A stretch of DNA of 64,000 nt from Candidatus Latescibacterota bacterium (GTDB lineage Bacteria; Latescibacterota; UBA2968; GCA-2709665), in NCBI GenBank assembly GCA_963667175.2, contig CAXXXF010000016.1:96001-160000 (forward strand), read 5' to 3'. Of this stretch, positions 18,324 through 29,995 are shown in pieces (positions within the stretch are counted from its first letter, which is position 1; each line of letters begins with the position of its first letter). The position numbers and the translations under genes are program-made. The notes below the pieces were generated by a model. It saw only the letters and a list, made by a program, of their open reading frames with translations, was not told the DNA's origin and did no database searches.

Positions 18324-20777
18324 TTACGCCACGATATTAACGAGGCGATTGGGTACGACAATCACCTTTCTGGGTACCTTACCCGCCAGATGGTTCCTCA
18401 CGTTCGGCTGTTCCAGCGCAAGCCTCGTGACGTCGTCGCCTTCCGCATCCATCTCCACCTGGAACCGGGCGCGGACCTTCCCGTTGACCTGGACCGGCAT
18501 CTGAATGGTGGCCGGACGCGCCAACTCCTCGTCCCATTCGGGCCACGCCTGCTCGTGAACACTGTAGCGTTCGCCGATGCGTTCCCACAACTCTTCCGAC
18601 AGATGCGGCGCAAAAGGCGCCAACAGCAGGCACAACGACCGGATGGCGTCTTTCCACGCGGCCGATTCGGCGACCGCCGCGGATCTTACCTTGCCGAGGC
18701 GGTTGACGAAGGTCATCAGCGCTGCGACCGCGGTGTTGAAGTCGAAGGATTCCAGGTCCGCGGTGACTTTCTTGATCGCCTGGTGGGTCATCCGCCGCAG
18801 TTCCATGGTCTCCGCCGGACCCGGAGGGTTGCCCGGAGACGCCGCCGGCTCGACGACAAGCGACCACACCCGGTTCAGAAATCGCGGAACCCCTCCCATG
18901 CTCGCCGAGTTCCATGGACCTCCCTGGTCCCACCGGCTGATGAACATCAGGTACGTCCTGACGCTGTCAACGCCGTGCGCATCGATGAGTTCGTCGGGAT
19001 TCACCACGTTGCCCCGGGACTTGCTCATTTTCTCGGAATCCTCGCCGAGAATGATGCCCTGGTTGAACAGGCGGACCATCGGTTCGGCCTGGTCGGTGGC
19101 GATCAACTTCATGTCCCGCATCGCCCTGGTGAAGAAACGGGTATAGAGCAGGTGCATTGTGGCGTGTTCGATGCCGCCCGTGTACTGATCCACCGGCAGC
19201 CAGTACGCTCCTTCATCCGGGTCGAACGGGCCGGCGGCGAAATGCGGACTGAGGTACCGGTACTGATACCAGGAGGAACACATAAACGTATCCATCGTAT
19301 CGGTTTCCCTCTGCGCCGTTCCGCGGCACACCGGGCAGGTCGTATGCAGGAATCCGTCGTGGTGTTTCAGTGGAGATTCGCCTGTAGGCAGGAACTCCGC
19401 ATCTTCCGGCAGCGTCACCGGAAGGTCGCGCTCCGGAACGGGCACCACGCCGCAGTCGGCGCAGTAGATGATCGGTATGGGGCAACCCCAGTACCGCTGT
19501 CGCGAAATCAGCCAGTCGTGCAACCGATAGTTGACCTTGCGCTCTCCGATGCCGCGCGCTTCCAGTTCTTCCGCTACCGCGGTCTTCGCCGGGTCGGACG
19601 GCGTGCCGCTGAACCGGCCGGAATTGACCAGCGTGCCCTTTCCCTCATAGGGATGCTGCAGCGCCCGCCCGTCCCAGTCCGGCGGCGCTATGACCGTGGA
19701 AACCGGCAATCCGTACCGTTTTGCGAAGCCGAAATCCCGTTCGTCGTGTCCGGGCACGGCCATGATCGCGCCGGTACCGTACGTTGTGAGCACGTAGTCG
19801 GCAATATAGATCGGCACCTCCGCGTCGTTCATCGGGTTGATCGCGTACGCGCCCGTAAAGACACCGTCCCGGTCTTTGTCAAGCGACAGCCGGTCGATTT
19901 CGGACTGCCGGCCGGCCTTTTCGCGGTACGACGCGACGTCGGCCGCCTGAGCCTTTGTTGTAATCGCATCGACAAGCGGATGTTCCGGCGCCAATACCGC
20001 GAACGTAACGCCGAAAATCGTATCCGCGCGCGTGGTGAACACGCGAAACGACGCCCCGGATCCCTTCACGGTCATTTCGAACTCCACCCCTTCACTGCGG
20101 CCGATCCAGTTGGTCTGCATCGTCTCGACCCGGTCGGGCCAGTCCAGACCTGAAAAATTCAGCAGCGAATCCGCATATTTCGTAATCCGGAACAACCATT
20201 GATCCAGGTCTTTCTTCACGACGGGCGTATCGCAGCGTTCGCAGTGGCGGTCGTCTCCCCACACCTGCTCCCTGGCAAGCGTGGTATTGCAGCGCGGACA
20301 CCAGTCGACCGGGGCCTTCTTCCGATAGGCCAGCCCGTGGCGATAGAACTGAAGGAAGAGCCACTGCGTCCACTTGTAGTAATCGGGCTCGCACGTAATG
20401 ATTTCCCGGTCCCAGTCGAACATGGCGCCCATTCTCTTCAGGTGACGCCGCATTTTTTCGATGTTTTCCATGGTCCATTTTGCGGGATGGATTCCCCTTT
20501 CGATGGCGGCATTCTCCGCCGGAAGCCCGAACGCGTCAAAACCGATCGGGAACAGCACGTTGTACCCTTTCATCCGCATCCACCTGGCGCGAGCGTCGGA
20601 AGGCGCCATCGCGTACCAGTGCCCGATATGCAGGTCTCCGGAAGTGTACGGCAGCATGGTCAGCGCATAGTGCTTGGGCCTGCCTTCCTCAACGGCGCTC
20701 TTGTAGACCCCCGTCTCGTCCCAGCGGGCTCGCCACCGCGACTCGATCGAAACAAAATCGTATCCGCTCTCAGCCAT
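18324..20777 (-). CDS. leuS: Leucine--tRNA ligase
   Basis: HIGH and KMSKS motifs, GFDAFGLPAENAA, editing domain GTGAIMAVPGHD. Confidence 0.97.
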   Translation of the reverse strand: MAESGYDFVSIESRWRARWDETGVYKSAVEEGRPKHYALTMLPYTSGDLHIGHWYAMAPSDARARWMRMKGYNVLFPIGFDAFGLPAENAAIERGIHPAKWTMENIEKMRRHLKRMGAMFDWDREIITCEPDYYKWTQWLFLQFYRHGLAYRKKAPVDWCPRCNTTLAREQVWGDDRHCERCDTPVVKKDLDQWLFRITKYADSLLNFSGLDWPDRVETMQTNWIGRSEGVEFEMTVKGSGASFRVFTTRADTIFGVTFAVLAPEHPLVDAITTKAQAADVASYREKAGRQSEIDRLSLDKDRDGVFTGAYAINPMNDAEVPIYIADYVLTTYGTGAIMAVPGHDERDFGFAKRYGLPVSTVIAPPDWDGRALQHPYEGKGTLVNSGRFSGTPSDPAKTAVAEELEARGIGERKVNYRLHDWLISRQRYWGCPIPIIYCADCGVVPVPERDLPVTLPEDAEFLPTGESPLKHHDGFLHTTCPVCRGTAQRETDTMDTFMCSSWYQYRYLSPHFAAGPFDPDEGAYWLPVDQYTGGIEHATMHLLYTRFFTRAMRDMKLIATDQAEPMVRLFNQGIILGEDSEKMSKSRGNVVNPDELIDAHGVDSVRTYLMFISRWDQGGPWNSASMGGVPRFLNRVWSLVVEPAASPGNPPGPAETMELRRMTHQAIKKVTADLESFDFNTAVAALMTFVNRLGKVRSAAVAESAAWKDAIRSLCLLLAPFAPHLSEELWERIGERYSVHEQAWPEWDEELARPATIQMPVQVNGKVRARFQVEMDAEGDDVTRLALEQPNVRNHLAGKVPRKVIVVPNRLVNIVA

Positions 20778-20801
20778 CTGACGACTCCCTCATCTCACGT
20801 A

Positions 20802-22097
20802 TTATGGGTAAAGCCGCTGCAGCATCCGGGGAAACGGAATGGTCTCCCGCACATGCCGCAACCCGCAGATCCAGGCTACGGTTCGTTCGATCCCCAGGCC
20901 GAATCCGGCGTGAGGCACCGATCCGTAGCGTCTCAGGTCCAAATACCACTGGAATGGGGTTTCGTCAAGTCTGTGTTGGGCGATCTTCCGCCGCAATTCC
21001 TCCAGGCTGTCCTCCCGCTGCCCGCCACCGATAATTTCTCCGTATCCTTCGGGCGCCAGCATATCCATGCAGAGCGCCAGCCGGCCGTCGTCCGGGTCCC
21101 CCTTCATATAAAAGGCCTTGCACGAGGCCGGATACCTGTGCACCAGGACCGGACGATCGAACTGCTCCGCGAGAACGGTTTCCTCGTCCCCGCCGAAATC
21201 CTCGCCCCACGTATGCGAGACGCCCTGCCGGTTCAGGATGTCAACCGCTTCCGTATAGGAGATCCTCGGGAAGGGTTTTTTCACGCGTTCGAGAGGGGCG
21301 ATATCCCGTTGCAGCAACGCAAGTTCCTCACGACGCCTTTCCAGAACCTGCTGAACGACGGCGGAGACAAAGTCCTCCGCCAGATCCATGTCGCCATTCA
21401 GGTCCAGGTAGGCCACTTCCGGCTCGACCATCCAGAATTCGGTGAGGTGCCGCCGGGTCTTGGACTTCTCCGCTCTGAACGTCGGCCCGAAGCAGTATAC
21501 TTTTCCGAAGGCCATGGCACTGGCCTCCAGATACAGCTGACCGCTCTGGGTCAGGTAGGCCTGGTCGTCGAAGTAGTCGGTCTGGAAGAGCGTTGTCGTA
21601 CCCTCGCATGCCGAAGGCGTAAAGATCGGCGAGTCCGTGAGTACGTACTCTCTTTCGTCGAAATAGGTCCTGCACGCCCGGATGATTTCGCTTCGCACGC
21701 GCAAAATGGCGTGCTGGCGGGAGGAACGCAGCCAGAGATGACGATGGTCCATCAGGAAAGCAGTCCCGTGTGCCTTTGGTGTAATGGGATAGGGCTCCGA
21801 TGCATGGACGACCTGAATATCGGAAACGCCGACTTCGAAACCCAGAGGCGAACGTTCGTCCTCGCGAACGACCCCGAATACCCGGAGCGACGACTCCTGG
21901 GTCAGGCCGCTCGAACGCTCGAACACATCGGCCGACACGTCGCCTTTGAAAACCACGCACTGAACCACGCCGGTTCCGTCTCTCAGCTGGAGAAAATGCA
22001 GCCTTCCACTGGCGCGTTTGTTGTGCAGCCACCCCTGAAGCAGGACGTCGCGCCCTTCGTACTCGCCGATTCTTGAAATTGAAATGGGTACGGCCAT
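20802..22097 (-). CDS. asnS: Asparagine--tRNA ligase
   Basis: OB-fold N-terminus, [33 protein letters not shown]. Confidence 0.95.
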   Translation of the reverse strand: MAVPISISRIGEYEGRDVLLQGWLHNKRASGRLHFLQLRDGTGVVQCVVFKGDVSADVFERSSGLTQESSLRVFGVVREDERSPLGFEVGVSDIQVVHASEPYPITPKAHGTAFLMDHRHLWLRSSRQHAILRVRSEIIRACRTYFDEREYVLTDSPIFTPSACEGTTTLFQTDYFDDQAYLTQSGQLYLEASAMAFGKVYCFGPTFRAEKSKTRRHLTEFWMVEPEVAYLDLNGDMDLAEDFVSAVVQQVLERRREELALLQRDIAPLERVKKPFPRISYTEAVDILNRQGVSHTWGEDFGGDEETVLAEQFDRPVLVHRYPASCKAFYMKGDPDDGRLALCMDMLAPEGYGEIIGGGQREDSLEELRRKIAQHRLDETPFQWYLDLRRYGSVPHAGFGLGIERTVAWICGLRHVRETIPFPRMLQRLYP

Positions 22098-22274
22098 CGT
22101 GCTCCTCCCCGGACGCGCGGTCGATGCGCCTGGTTACTCCTCTTGCCAGTGTTCTGTCCCGAAAATAAGTTGCCTGAATTCGGCCGTCGAGTCGCCCGGC
22201 TCGCAAGGCGCCAGAGCGCAGGCGACCTGGCCAGGTCGGCGAGCAATGGCAACGCTGCGAGAGGGGATGAATCG

Positions 22275-22309
22275 GCCTGCCTGCAGCGCAGGGCACTGCG
22301 CAGGCAGGC
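22275..22309. repeat. REP-like palindrome, copy 1
   Basis: GCCTGCCTGC-AGCGCAGGGCACTGC-GCAGGCAGGC; a related copy is at 38412-38448. Confidence 0.65.
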
Positions 22310-22488
22310 GGAAGAATGGTGAGGTATTTTTGGGACAGGACACCAGTACCCGCAAACCCAATCCGCAGCGCCCAGGACGTAGACGCCGTGATTCGCAATG
22401 AAGGGTTCTCTGCGCAACGTCACAAAACCAAAAAAGACGACCGGAAGTTGCCGATCGCCTTTTGCCGACCACGTTCCTGCCTGGCGGG

Positions 22489-24627
22489 TCAGCGCCGGTT
22501 TGGCCTTCTCGGGCCCCGGGATTGGCGCGGCGGAGGCTCGACGTATCCGGGCGGAGGCTCGAACGTCGCCTTGCGACTAAGTCGAACCTTGCCCTGGTCG
22601 TCGATGGAAATCACTTTGACGTCCAGCGTGTCCCCCTCGGACAGCACGTCTTCGACCTTGTTCACCCGGCGGTAATCCAATTCGGAAATGTGGCACAGCC
22701 CCTCTTTCCCCGGGAGAATCTCGATAAAGGCGCCGAAGTCCAGAGTTCGCTTTACCGTACCGTTGTAGACGCGGCCCACCTCCGGGTCTTCCACCAGCGC
22801 CTTGATCATCTCCATGGCTTCTTCGCCGGCCCTGGCGTCGACCGAACTGACGGTGATCAGCCCGTCGTCTTCCACTGCGACGGTGGCGCCCGTCTCTTCG
22901 ATACTGCGTATGGTCTTCCCCCCGGGGCCGATGACCGTGCCGATTTTCGCGGGATCGATATACAGGGACAGGATACGCGGCGCGTAGGGCGACAGCTCCG
23001 GCCTCGGACGGCCGATCGCTTCGTTCATGATGCCCAGAATGTGGTTCAGCGCACCCCGTGCGCGTCCAAACGCCTCCTGCATGATTTCGAAACTGACTCC
23101 CTTGATTTTAATGTCCAGCTGAATCGACGTCAGTCCTTCGGCCGTCCCCGCGATCTTCAGGTCCATATCGCCAAGATGGTCTTCCGCGCCGAGAATGTCG
23201 GTCAGCAGTTCCCAGCTGGAACCGTCGTCTCCCATCACCAGACCGACACCCGCGCCCGCAACCGCGGTCTTAATGGGTACTCCCGCGTCCATGAGTGCGA
23301 GCGATCCACCGCACACCGTGGCCATGGACGACGAACTGTTCGATTCCAGGATTTCGGAAACCACCCGAATTGTATAGGGAAAGTGCTTCTCATTGGGCAC
23401 GACCGGAACCAGCGCCTTTTCCGCGAGAACGCCATGTCCGATCTCACGCCGTCCGGGTGCGCCGATCCGGCGGGTCTCCCCCACGCTGTACGACGGGAAG
23501 TTGTAGTCCAGCATGAAACTCTTGTACGACATTCCCTCCAGATCGTCCACCATCCGGGTATCCAGCTTGCTGCCCAGCGTCGCTACGCACAGCGCCTGGG
23601 TCTGACCCCTCGTAAACACGGCCGATCCGTGTGCGCGCGGCAATACACCGACTTCAATCTGAACCGGCCGAACTTCGTCCAGGGCGCGTCCATCGATCCG
23701 GCGTCCTTCCTCCAGGATCATCCTACGCATCTCCGCCTTGACGATGGCGCCGATTTCCGCGCCGATTTCCGCGCGCGACTCCGGATACTCCGCTTCCAGG
23801 GCCTCCTGCGTATCCGCTTCGATCCGTGCGATGACGTTCGACCTGTCTTCTTTCTCGGACAGCCGGTTCGCCTCTCTGATGCGCTCTGCCGCGTGCGCCC
23901 TCACCGCCTCTTCAAGCGCTTCATCAGGTTCGGGCGCCACCACCACCCGCTTCGGTTTTCCGCATCTGGCCACCAGGTCTTCCTGTACTTCCACGAGCCT
24001 GGCGATGGCTTCCTGCCCTGCACGCAACGCGCCCAGCACGTCGGCGTCGGGCGCCTCGTGGCACTCGCCCTCAACGGAAATGATCGAATCCTTATTTCCC
24101 GATACGATGACGTTGACGTCGCTCTCGTCCAGTTGTTCGTAGGTCGGATTGATGACGTACTCGCCGTTTATTCGTCCCACCTTCACGGCGCCGATCGGTC
24201 CCTCGAACGGAATGTCGGAGATACAGACGGCCGCGGACGCGCCGGTCATCGCCAGCACGGCAGGGTCGTTTTCTTCATCGAAGGACAGCACGGTGACCAG
24301 TACCTGCGTTTCCACGTCCCGCTTCAGAAACAGGGGCCGAATCTGGTGGTCGATCAGCCTGGCGCTTAACTTTTCCGTTGTGGAAGGCGCGCCTTCCCGC
24401 TTGAAGAAATTCCCGGGAATTCTGCCGCTTGCGTAGAATTTCTCCCTATAGTCCACCGTTAACGGGAAAAAGTCCATATCGGACTCTCTGGTATCCGCCA
24501 CTGTCGCCACGAGCACGACGGTTTCGCCATATCGCATCCACACGGCGCCATGGGCCTGTTTGGCCACGCGACCGGTTTCGATGGATAACGTCCTGCCTTC
24601 CAGTTCCAGTTCTATTTTTTCTGCCAT
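22489..24627 (-). CDS. pnp: Polyribonucleotide nucleotidyltransferase
   Basis: FFPLTVDYRE, RREIGHG, GDMDLK, KH and S1 domains. Confidence 0.98.
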   Translation of the reverse strand: MAEKIELELEGRTLSIETGRVAKQAHGAVWMRYGETVVLVATVADTRESDMDFFPLTVDYREKFYASGRIPGNFFKREGAPSTTEKLSARLIDHQIRPLFLKRDVETQVLVTVLSFDEENDPAVLAMTGASAAVCISDIPFEGPIGAVKVGRINGEYVINPTYEQLDESDVNVIVSGNKDSIISVEGECHEAPDADVLGALRAGQEAIARLVEVQEDLVARCGKPKRVVVAPEPDEALEEAVRAHAAERIREANRLSEKEDRSNVIARIEADTQEALEAEYPESRAEIGAEIGAIVKAEMRRMILEEGRRIDGRALDEVRPVQIEVGVLPRAHGSAVFTRGQTQALCVATLGSKLDTRMVDDLEGMSYKSFMLDYNFPSYSVGETRRIGAPGRREIGHGVLAEKALVPVVPNEKHFPYTIRVVSEILESNSSSSMATVCGGSLALMDAGVPIKTAVAGAGVGLVMGDDGSSWELLTDILGAEDHLGDMDLKIAGTAEGLTSIQLDIKIKGVSFEIMQEAFGRARGALNHILGIMNEAIGRPRPELSPYAPRILSLYIDPAKIGTVIGPGGKTIRSIEETGATVAVEDDGLITVSSVDARAGEEAMEMIKALVEDPEVGRVYNGTVKRTLDFGAFIEILPGKEGLCHISELDYRRVNKVEDVLSEGDTLDVKVISIDDQGKVRLSRKATFEPPPGYVEPPPRQSRGPRRPNRR

Positions 24628-24704
24628 CCACTCCTTCTCCTCAACAAAATGGAAAATTCCTCAGCCTGCTGCAGTGGCCGGTTCTCGTTTCTCGCCGCAG
24701 GCAT

Positions 24705-24974
24705 TCATCCACGTATTCCGAGTTTGCCGATCAGGGCGCGATATCCCGCCAGATCGCGGCGCTGCATATATCTCAAGAAACGCCTGCGCCGGCCTACCAG
24801 TCTGAGCAGCCCACGGCGGGAATGGTGATCTTTCCTGTGCCGCCGGGCGTGATCGGTCAGCATTCTGATCCGTTCCGTCAAGAGCGCGATCTGCACTTCA
24901 ACGGACCCGGTATCCCTGGCGGATTGACCGAAGGACTCCACCAATTCGCCCTTCTTTTCCTTTACTAAACCCAC
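24705..24974 (-). CDS. rpsO: 30S ribosomal protein S15
   Basis: [22 protein letters not shown]. Confidence 0.97.
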   Translation of the reverse strand: MGLVKEKKGELVESFGQSARDTGSVEVQIALLTERIRMLTDHARRHRKDHHSRRGLLRLVGRRRRFLRYMQRRDLAGYRALIGKLGIRG

Positions 24975-25921
24975 TGCTTTTCCTCCGTGTAATGATCCAG
25001 CTCCTTTGCCAGAATGTCACGGGCACGCTGCCCGTCCGCGCGAATTTGCGAAATAAGCCCTTCCGGACTCCCAAACCGGCGTTCGCCGCGCAGGCGACCG
25101 ACCAGTTCCAGGGCGATCCGGCGTCCGTAAAGATTCCCGTCGAAATCCAGGAGGTGTGCCTCCAACTGTCTGTTCTTCCCGTTGAACGTAGGACGTACGC
25201 CAAGGTTTACAACGGCCGCGTACCGTTCGGGGACGTACGCCATTGCCGCGTAGACGCCATCCGGCGGCAAGAGCTTAGCGCGTTCGTCCGGCACAATATT
25301 GGCAGTCGGATAACCCAGTTGCCGCCCGCGGCCGTCACCTGGCGCCACGCTGCCTGAAACGGGATATCCGCCTCCCAGCATCTCACGGGCGCCGTCGATT
25401 CTCCCTCTCCCGACCAGATCACGAATCCGGCTGCTGCTGACCGGGCGGTCCCCCACGATCACGGGCGGGACAACGGAAACCTCGAAACCGAACCGACCGC
25501 CAAGCGCACGCATGGTCTCGGGATCGCCGCTGCGACCCTTGCCGAATCCATGATCGTAGCCCAGCACGACAACCCTCGCTGCCAGATAATTCGCCAGATA
25601 GGTCGATACAAATGCCTCCGGACTCAGGTTCTGTACCTGCCGCGTAAAGGGAATGACCGCCAGCACGTCGATACCGGCATCGACAAGCCGTCGGCGTTTT
25701 TCATCCAGCGACGTCAGAACACCCGGCGGATCCGATGGATGGATGACGGCCCGCGGATGTGGATCGAAGGTGACGGCTACCGCGGCGCCCGACCTCTCCC
25801 GCGCCGTGGCGACAACGGCTTCGATCACGGCCCGATGGCCTCGATGAACACCATCGAACGTGCCAACCGTAACCACCGCGTCGTCGATTGCCAGTGTCTG
25901 ATTCAACGTCCGCGTCTGCAT
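24965..25921 (-). CDS. ribF: Riboflavin kinase/FAD synthetase
   Basis: [30 protein letters not shown]; ATG at 25921. Confidence 0.96.
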   Translation of the reverse strand: MQTRTLNQTLAIDDAVVTVGTFDGVHRGHRAVIEAVVATARERSGAAVAVTFDPHPRAVIHPSDPPGVLTSLDEKRRRLVDAGIDVLAVIPFTRQVQNLSPEAFVSTYLANYLAARVVVLGYDHGFGKGRSGDPETMRALGGRFGFEVSVVPPVIVGDRPVSSSRIRDLVGRGRIDGAREMLGGGYPVSGSVAPGDGRGRQLGYPTANIVPDERAKLLPPDGVYAAMAYVPERYAAVVNLGVRPTFNGKNRQLEAHLLDFDGNLYGRRIALELVGRLRGERRFGSPEGLISQIRADGQRARDILAKELDHYTEEKQWV

Positions 25922-25926
25922 CCGGT

Positions 25927-26820
25927 TCAACCTTTCGGCCGGCAAAGCACCCGCACGGGTATTAATATCCCGTCGTCGGCCTTCCAACGCCCGATGCCGA
26001 GCAACACCCCCTCGGGATACAGCGCACGTGCGAGTTGACCGGACTCGAGTGCGGTTCCGTCCTTCACGTTGGCGACCGCATTGCCGTGAATGAAACGACC
26101 GGCCTGAGCCGCGTTCAGGTTGAGACGCGGCAGGTCGCGCAATAACCGGTTTGGATCCAACAGATACGGCTGAAGTTCCTCCCTCGACGCGACCGAATCG
26201 AGGCGCGGAAGGGGTACGCACTCGTCGATACGAACAGGACCGGCGGACGTGCGTCTCAACCCGGCCAGATACGCCCCGCAACCCAGTTCACGACCGATAT
26301 CGTCGGCCAGTGTACGGATGTAGGTGCCTTTTGAACAGGAGACCGTCAGGTGCAGATCGGGAGGACTGAAATCTTCAATATCGATTTCGAATATGCGAAC
26401 GCGGGACGGTCGTCGGGTGACGTCGGCGCCCGCCCGCGCCAATCGGTACAACCGCTTGCCGTCCACCTTGCGGGCCGAAAACATCGGGGGAATCTGTTCA
26501 ATATCTCCAACGAAAGAGCCCACCGCGCTCCGCACGACCGACACGTCGGCGGGAACCCGGTCGCACCGCGCCACGACTTCGCCTTCCGAGTCGAGGGTGC
26601 TTGTGCGGATTCCGAGCCGGATATGTGCGGAATAGGTCTTGTCGTGACTCGCGAGATAGGAACTGAGCCGGGTGGCGCGGCCCAGGCACAACACCAGAAC
26701 TCCGGTTGCCAGCGGATCCAGAGTGCCCGTGTGCCCCACTTTCCGGACGTTCAGCCGTCGTCGAACGCGATCTACCACGTCGTGAGACGTCAGATCCGGA
26801 GGCTTGTCGATGGGCAACAC
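25927..26820 (-). CDS. truB: tRNA pseudouridine(55) synthase (start uncertain)
   Basis: DKP..TSHDVV, GHTGTLDPLATG, CSKGTYIR. Confidence 0.96.
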   Translation of the reverse strand: MLPIDKPPDLTSHDVVDRVRRRLNVRKVGHTGTLDPLATGVLVLCLGRATRLSSYLASHDKTYSAHIRLGIRTSTLDSEGEVVARCDRVPADVSVVRSAVGSFVGDIEQIPPMFSARKVDGKRLYRLARAGADVTRRPSRVRIFEIDIEDFSPPDLHLTVSCSKGTYIRTLADDIGRELGCGAYLAGLRRTSAGPVRIDECVPLPRLDSVASREELQPYLLDPNRLLRDLPRLNLNAAQAGRFIHGNAVANVKDGTALESGQLARALYPEGVLLGIGRWKADDGILIPVRVLCRPKG

Positions 26821-26901
26821 GCCTGTGACGTCGATTCCGGCCTCCTTTCCGGCGCCGCTGTTGTGCCCCGTAAACAGGTTGCCTGAATCCGGGGCAGAAC
26901 A

Positions 26902-27240
26902 CTACGCCTTCAAGTCATCCAGAAGCCTGTCGATTCGGCTTGCCCGCTCCAGCGTGTGATCCAGCTCGAATTCCAGTTCCGGCACGTGTCGAAGTCGGAT
27001 CCTCCCGCCCAGTTCCCTGCGCAGAAACGACGTGGCGCGACAGAGGATCTTCATGGTCACGTCGCGCGTCTCTGCCTCCCCCATCACGCTGACAAATACC
27101 CGCGCGAATTTCAGGTCCCGTGTCACCCTGACCCCCGTGACGGTCACGTAGCCCAGGCGAGGATCCTTGATATGCCGGTGGATCAGGTCACTCAGTTCTT
27201 CCTGTATCTGCCGACCTACGCTCTCGGCGCGCCACATCAC
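26902..27240 (-). CDS. rbfA: Ribosome-binding factor A
   Basis: KDPRLG..VTVT, DLKFARVFVS, LRHVPEL; located between infB and truB. Confidence 0.95.
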   Translation of the reverse strand: MMWRAESVGRQIQEELSDLIHRHIKDPRLGYVTVTGVRVTRDLKFARVFVSVMGEAETRDVTMKILCRATSFLRRELGGRIRLRHVPELEFELDHTLERASRIDRLLDDLKA

Positions 27241-27518
27241 ATCAGTTCCAGTGAGTAGTCGATGAGCTCAACCCGATGGTCACGCTGTACCTGGTCCACG
27301 ACCTTGGAAAGCACGCGATTGACGTACCGGGATTCGTTCGCAACCATAACAACGCCGACCTCCGCCTTCTGCCAGAGTTCGTTGTGGCCGACCTCCGAAA
27401 CGGATACGTTGAATTTTGATCGAATCCGCTGTCGAAGGCTCTCCAGGACCCGGCGTTTTCCCTTCAACGAACCGCTCTCAGGCAGATATAGATCCAGACG
27501 ACATAGTCCGACGGTCAT
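27237..27518 (-). CDS. DUF503 (YlxP-like) protein
   Basis: SLKGKRRV...KFNVSVSEV; usual position downstream of infB. Confidence 0.9.
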   Translation of the reverse strand: MTVGLCRLDLYLPESGSLKGKRRVLESLRQRIRSKFNVSVSEVGHNELWQKAEVGVVMVANESRYVNRVLSKVVDQVQRDHRVELIDYSLELM

Positions 27519-27526
27519 AGCTTCAA

Positions 27527-29995
27527 TTACAGCGTGCGTGCGGTTTCAACCTGTTCATAGGCCTCGATCACGTCGCCGAGTTTGGTGTCGTTGAAATTCT
27601 CCAGGCCGATACCGCACTCAAAACCGGACTGTACCTCCCTCACGTCGTCCTTGAACCTGCGCAGGGACCCGATCCGGCCCTCGTAGACCACGACATTGTC
27701 CCGCAGCACCCGCACCAGTGCGCTACGGGTCATTCTGCCGTCGGAGATGTAACAACCGGCGATGATTCCCACCCGGGGCACCTGGAACGTCTCACGTACC
27801 TCCGCCGATCCAACAATCTGTTCATCGACGTCCGGTGTGAGCAGCCCGGCAAGCGCCGCCCTGATGTCTTCAACCGCTTCGTAGATGACACGGTAGGAGC
27901 GCACATCGACTCGTTCCTGCGCAACCACCTCGCGTGCGCGTACGTCCGGCCGCACATTAAAGCCAATGATGATCGCATCCGAAGCGGACGCGAGCAGGAC
28001 GTCGGATTCGGAAACCGCGCCCACGCCTCGATGGATCACGTTGATCCGCACCTCGTCGCTGGGAATCTGCATCAGGGAATCGTGAAGCGCTTCCACGGAA
28101 CCGTCGACGTCGCCCTTGAGAATCAGGCGCAATTCCTGGACCTGTCCGGCCTTGATCTGATCGTGAATGTCGACCAGGCTCACCCTGCGTATCCGGTGGG
28201 CCTCCCGCTCACGGCGCAACTGTTGTCTCTTCTGGCTGATTTCCCTGGCGGTGCGTTCGTTTTCCACCGAATAGAAGGTATCTCCGGCCTGAGGAAGTCC
28301 GGACAGGCCGAGCACCTGAACCGGCACCGAGGGGCCCGCTTCGGCAACCCGGTGTCCGCGCTCGTCGAGAAGCGCCCTCGCCCTGCCGCTGTAGAGGCCG
28401 GTGACGAAGGTATCGCCCACTCTGAGCGTCCCCTCCTGAACCAGCACGGTTGCCACGTTGCCCCGGCCGCGGTCCAGGCGTGCCTCCACGATAGCGCCTT
28501 TGGCGCGTTTGTCGGGGTTGGCCTTGAGCTCCAGCAGATCCGTTTCCAGAGCCAGCAACTCGAGTAGATCCTTTACGTTCTCGCCGGTCTTTGCGGAAAT
28601 TTCACAGGACTGAACCTTGCCCCCGTATGCTTCGAGGATGACGTTGTGTTCCGTCAGTTGCCGCTTGATTCGATCCACGTCCGCGCCGGGAAGGTCGATT
28701 TTGTTGATGGCAAGCACAATGGGTACGCCCGCGGCGCGGGCATGGTCGATGGCTTCCACCGTCTGCGGCATGACGTTGTCGTCGGCCGCCACGATCAGGA
28801 CAACCACGTCCGTCACCTGGGCTCCCCTGGCGCGCATTGCTGTAAACGCCTCGTGACCGGGCGTATCCAGAAACGTCACCATCCGGTCGTTATTCAGATT
28901 GACGTGATAGGCGCCGATGTGCTGGGTGATTCCTCCTGCCTCGCCCGCCACCACGTTGGTGTTGCGAACGTAGTCCAGCAGGGATGTCTTTCCGTGGTCT
29001 ACATGACCCATTATGGTCACCACCGGCGGACGCGGCTTGAGGTCGTCCACCTCGTCTTCGTCTTCCTGTTCCAGCACGTCTTCCGCGAATTCCTGGAGCT
29101 CCTCGACCCCGATGCCGAACTCGTCGGCAACCAGGGTAATGGTGTCCATATCCAGCCGTTGGTTAATGGTGACCATGAGTCCCAGCGTGAGACACTGTTT
29201 GATCACATCGGTCAGCGGAACGTCCATCAGTGCCGAAAGCTCGCCGACGGTGGTGAACTCTTTGACCTTGATAACGCGGTCGACCTCCACCTCTTCGTCG
29301 ATCTCCCCGTCGTCTCTGCGGCGACGCCGGCGCGACCGCGTCGTGCCCGTCTCCATCTGAGCCATCGTGCGACGCACGCTGGCTTCAATCTCCGTCTGGT
29401 CGGGAGCGGGCCTGCCGCGGCGTCGGCGACGTCGCCTGCCGTCACCACGTTCGGGGGCGGGCTTGCCCCCTTTCTGCGATGTTTCGGCCTGCCTGCCCGG
29501 CCCTGCCGTGCTTGCAGCATCGGCCGACGGTTCTCTTCGCGCCGTATCGCGCCTCCGCCTGCGCGTTGCCTCGTCATCGCGAATTTCACGAATCTCGACA
29601 GCCTCACGGACGGGCGTGGCAGGTCTGGGTTTGTCCGCGGCTTTGGACGCGGGCTTTTTCGCGCTTCGTGATCTGGGGGTCGCCGGTGTTTTCCGGACGT
29701 CTTTTTCGGGTTCCCGTCGCTGTCTTTTCTGCGCGGACTTGCGTTTGATTTCCTGGCGGGAGGCGTTTCGCTCCTCCTCGAACTTGCTCTGGATACGATC
29801 GAACATATCCTTCGTACACACAGCCATGTGGTTCTTGACGTCGAACCCCAGACCTCTGACCACGTCCACCATCGCGACGCTGGAGAGGTTAAACTCCCGC
29901 GCGACCTCGTAGATTCGGCGTTTCTTGTCATCGGAGGATTCGGGTGACCCCTTAGCCGTATTTGGCGGCGCTTTTCTGATCATCGGCCCAGTCAC
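27527..29995 (-). CDS. infB: Translation initiation factor IF-2
   Basis: [30 protein letters not shown]. Confidence 0.98.
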   Translation of the reverse strand: MTGPMIRKAPPNTAKGSPESSDDKKRRIYEVAREFNLSSVAMVDVVRGLGFDVKNHMAVCTKDMFDRIQSKFEEERNASRQEIKRKSAQKRQRREPEKDVRKTPATPRSRSAKKPASKAADKPRPATPVREAVEIREIRDDEATRRRRRDTARREPSADAASTAGPGRQAETSQKGGKPAPERGDGRRRRRRRGRPAPDQTEIEASVRRTMAQMETGTTRSRRRRRRDDGEIDEEVEVDRVIKVKEFTTVGELSALMDVPLTDVIKQCLTLGLMVTINQRLDMDTITLVADEFGIGVEELQEFAEDVLEQEDEDEVDDLKPRPPVVTIMGHVDHGKTSLLDYVRNTNVVAGEAGGITQHIGAYHVNLNNDRMVTFLDTPGHEAFTAMRARGAQVTDVVVLIVAADDNVMPQTVEAIDHARAAGVPIVLAINKIDLPGADVDRIKRQLTEHNVILEAYGGKVQSCEISAKTGENVKDLLELLALETDLLELKANPDKRAKGAIVEARLDRGRGNVATVLVQEGTLRVGDTFVTGLYSGRARALLDERGHRVAEAGPSVPVQVLGLSGLPQAGDTFYSVENERTAREISQKRQQLRREREAHRIRRVSLVDIHDQIKAGQVQELRLILKGDVDGSVEALHDSLMQIPSDEVRINVIHRGVGAVSESDVLLASASDAIIIGFNVRPDVRAREVVAQERVDVRSYRVIYEAVEDIRAALAGLLTPDVDEQIVGSAEVRETFQVPRVGIIAGCYISDGRMTRSALVRVLRDNVVVYEGRIGSLRRFKDDVREVQSGFECGIGLENFNDTKLGDVIEAYEQVETARTL

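Noticed and set aside
18090-24369. Long + strand ORFs (687, 625, 635 aa)
   Set aside because: Antisense shadows of leuS, asnS and pnp, expected in GC-rich coding DNA; no motifs.
25922-26281. N-terminal extension of RibF
   Set aside because: Overlaps truB in another frame; RibF similarity starts after ATG 25921.
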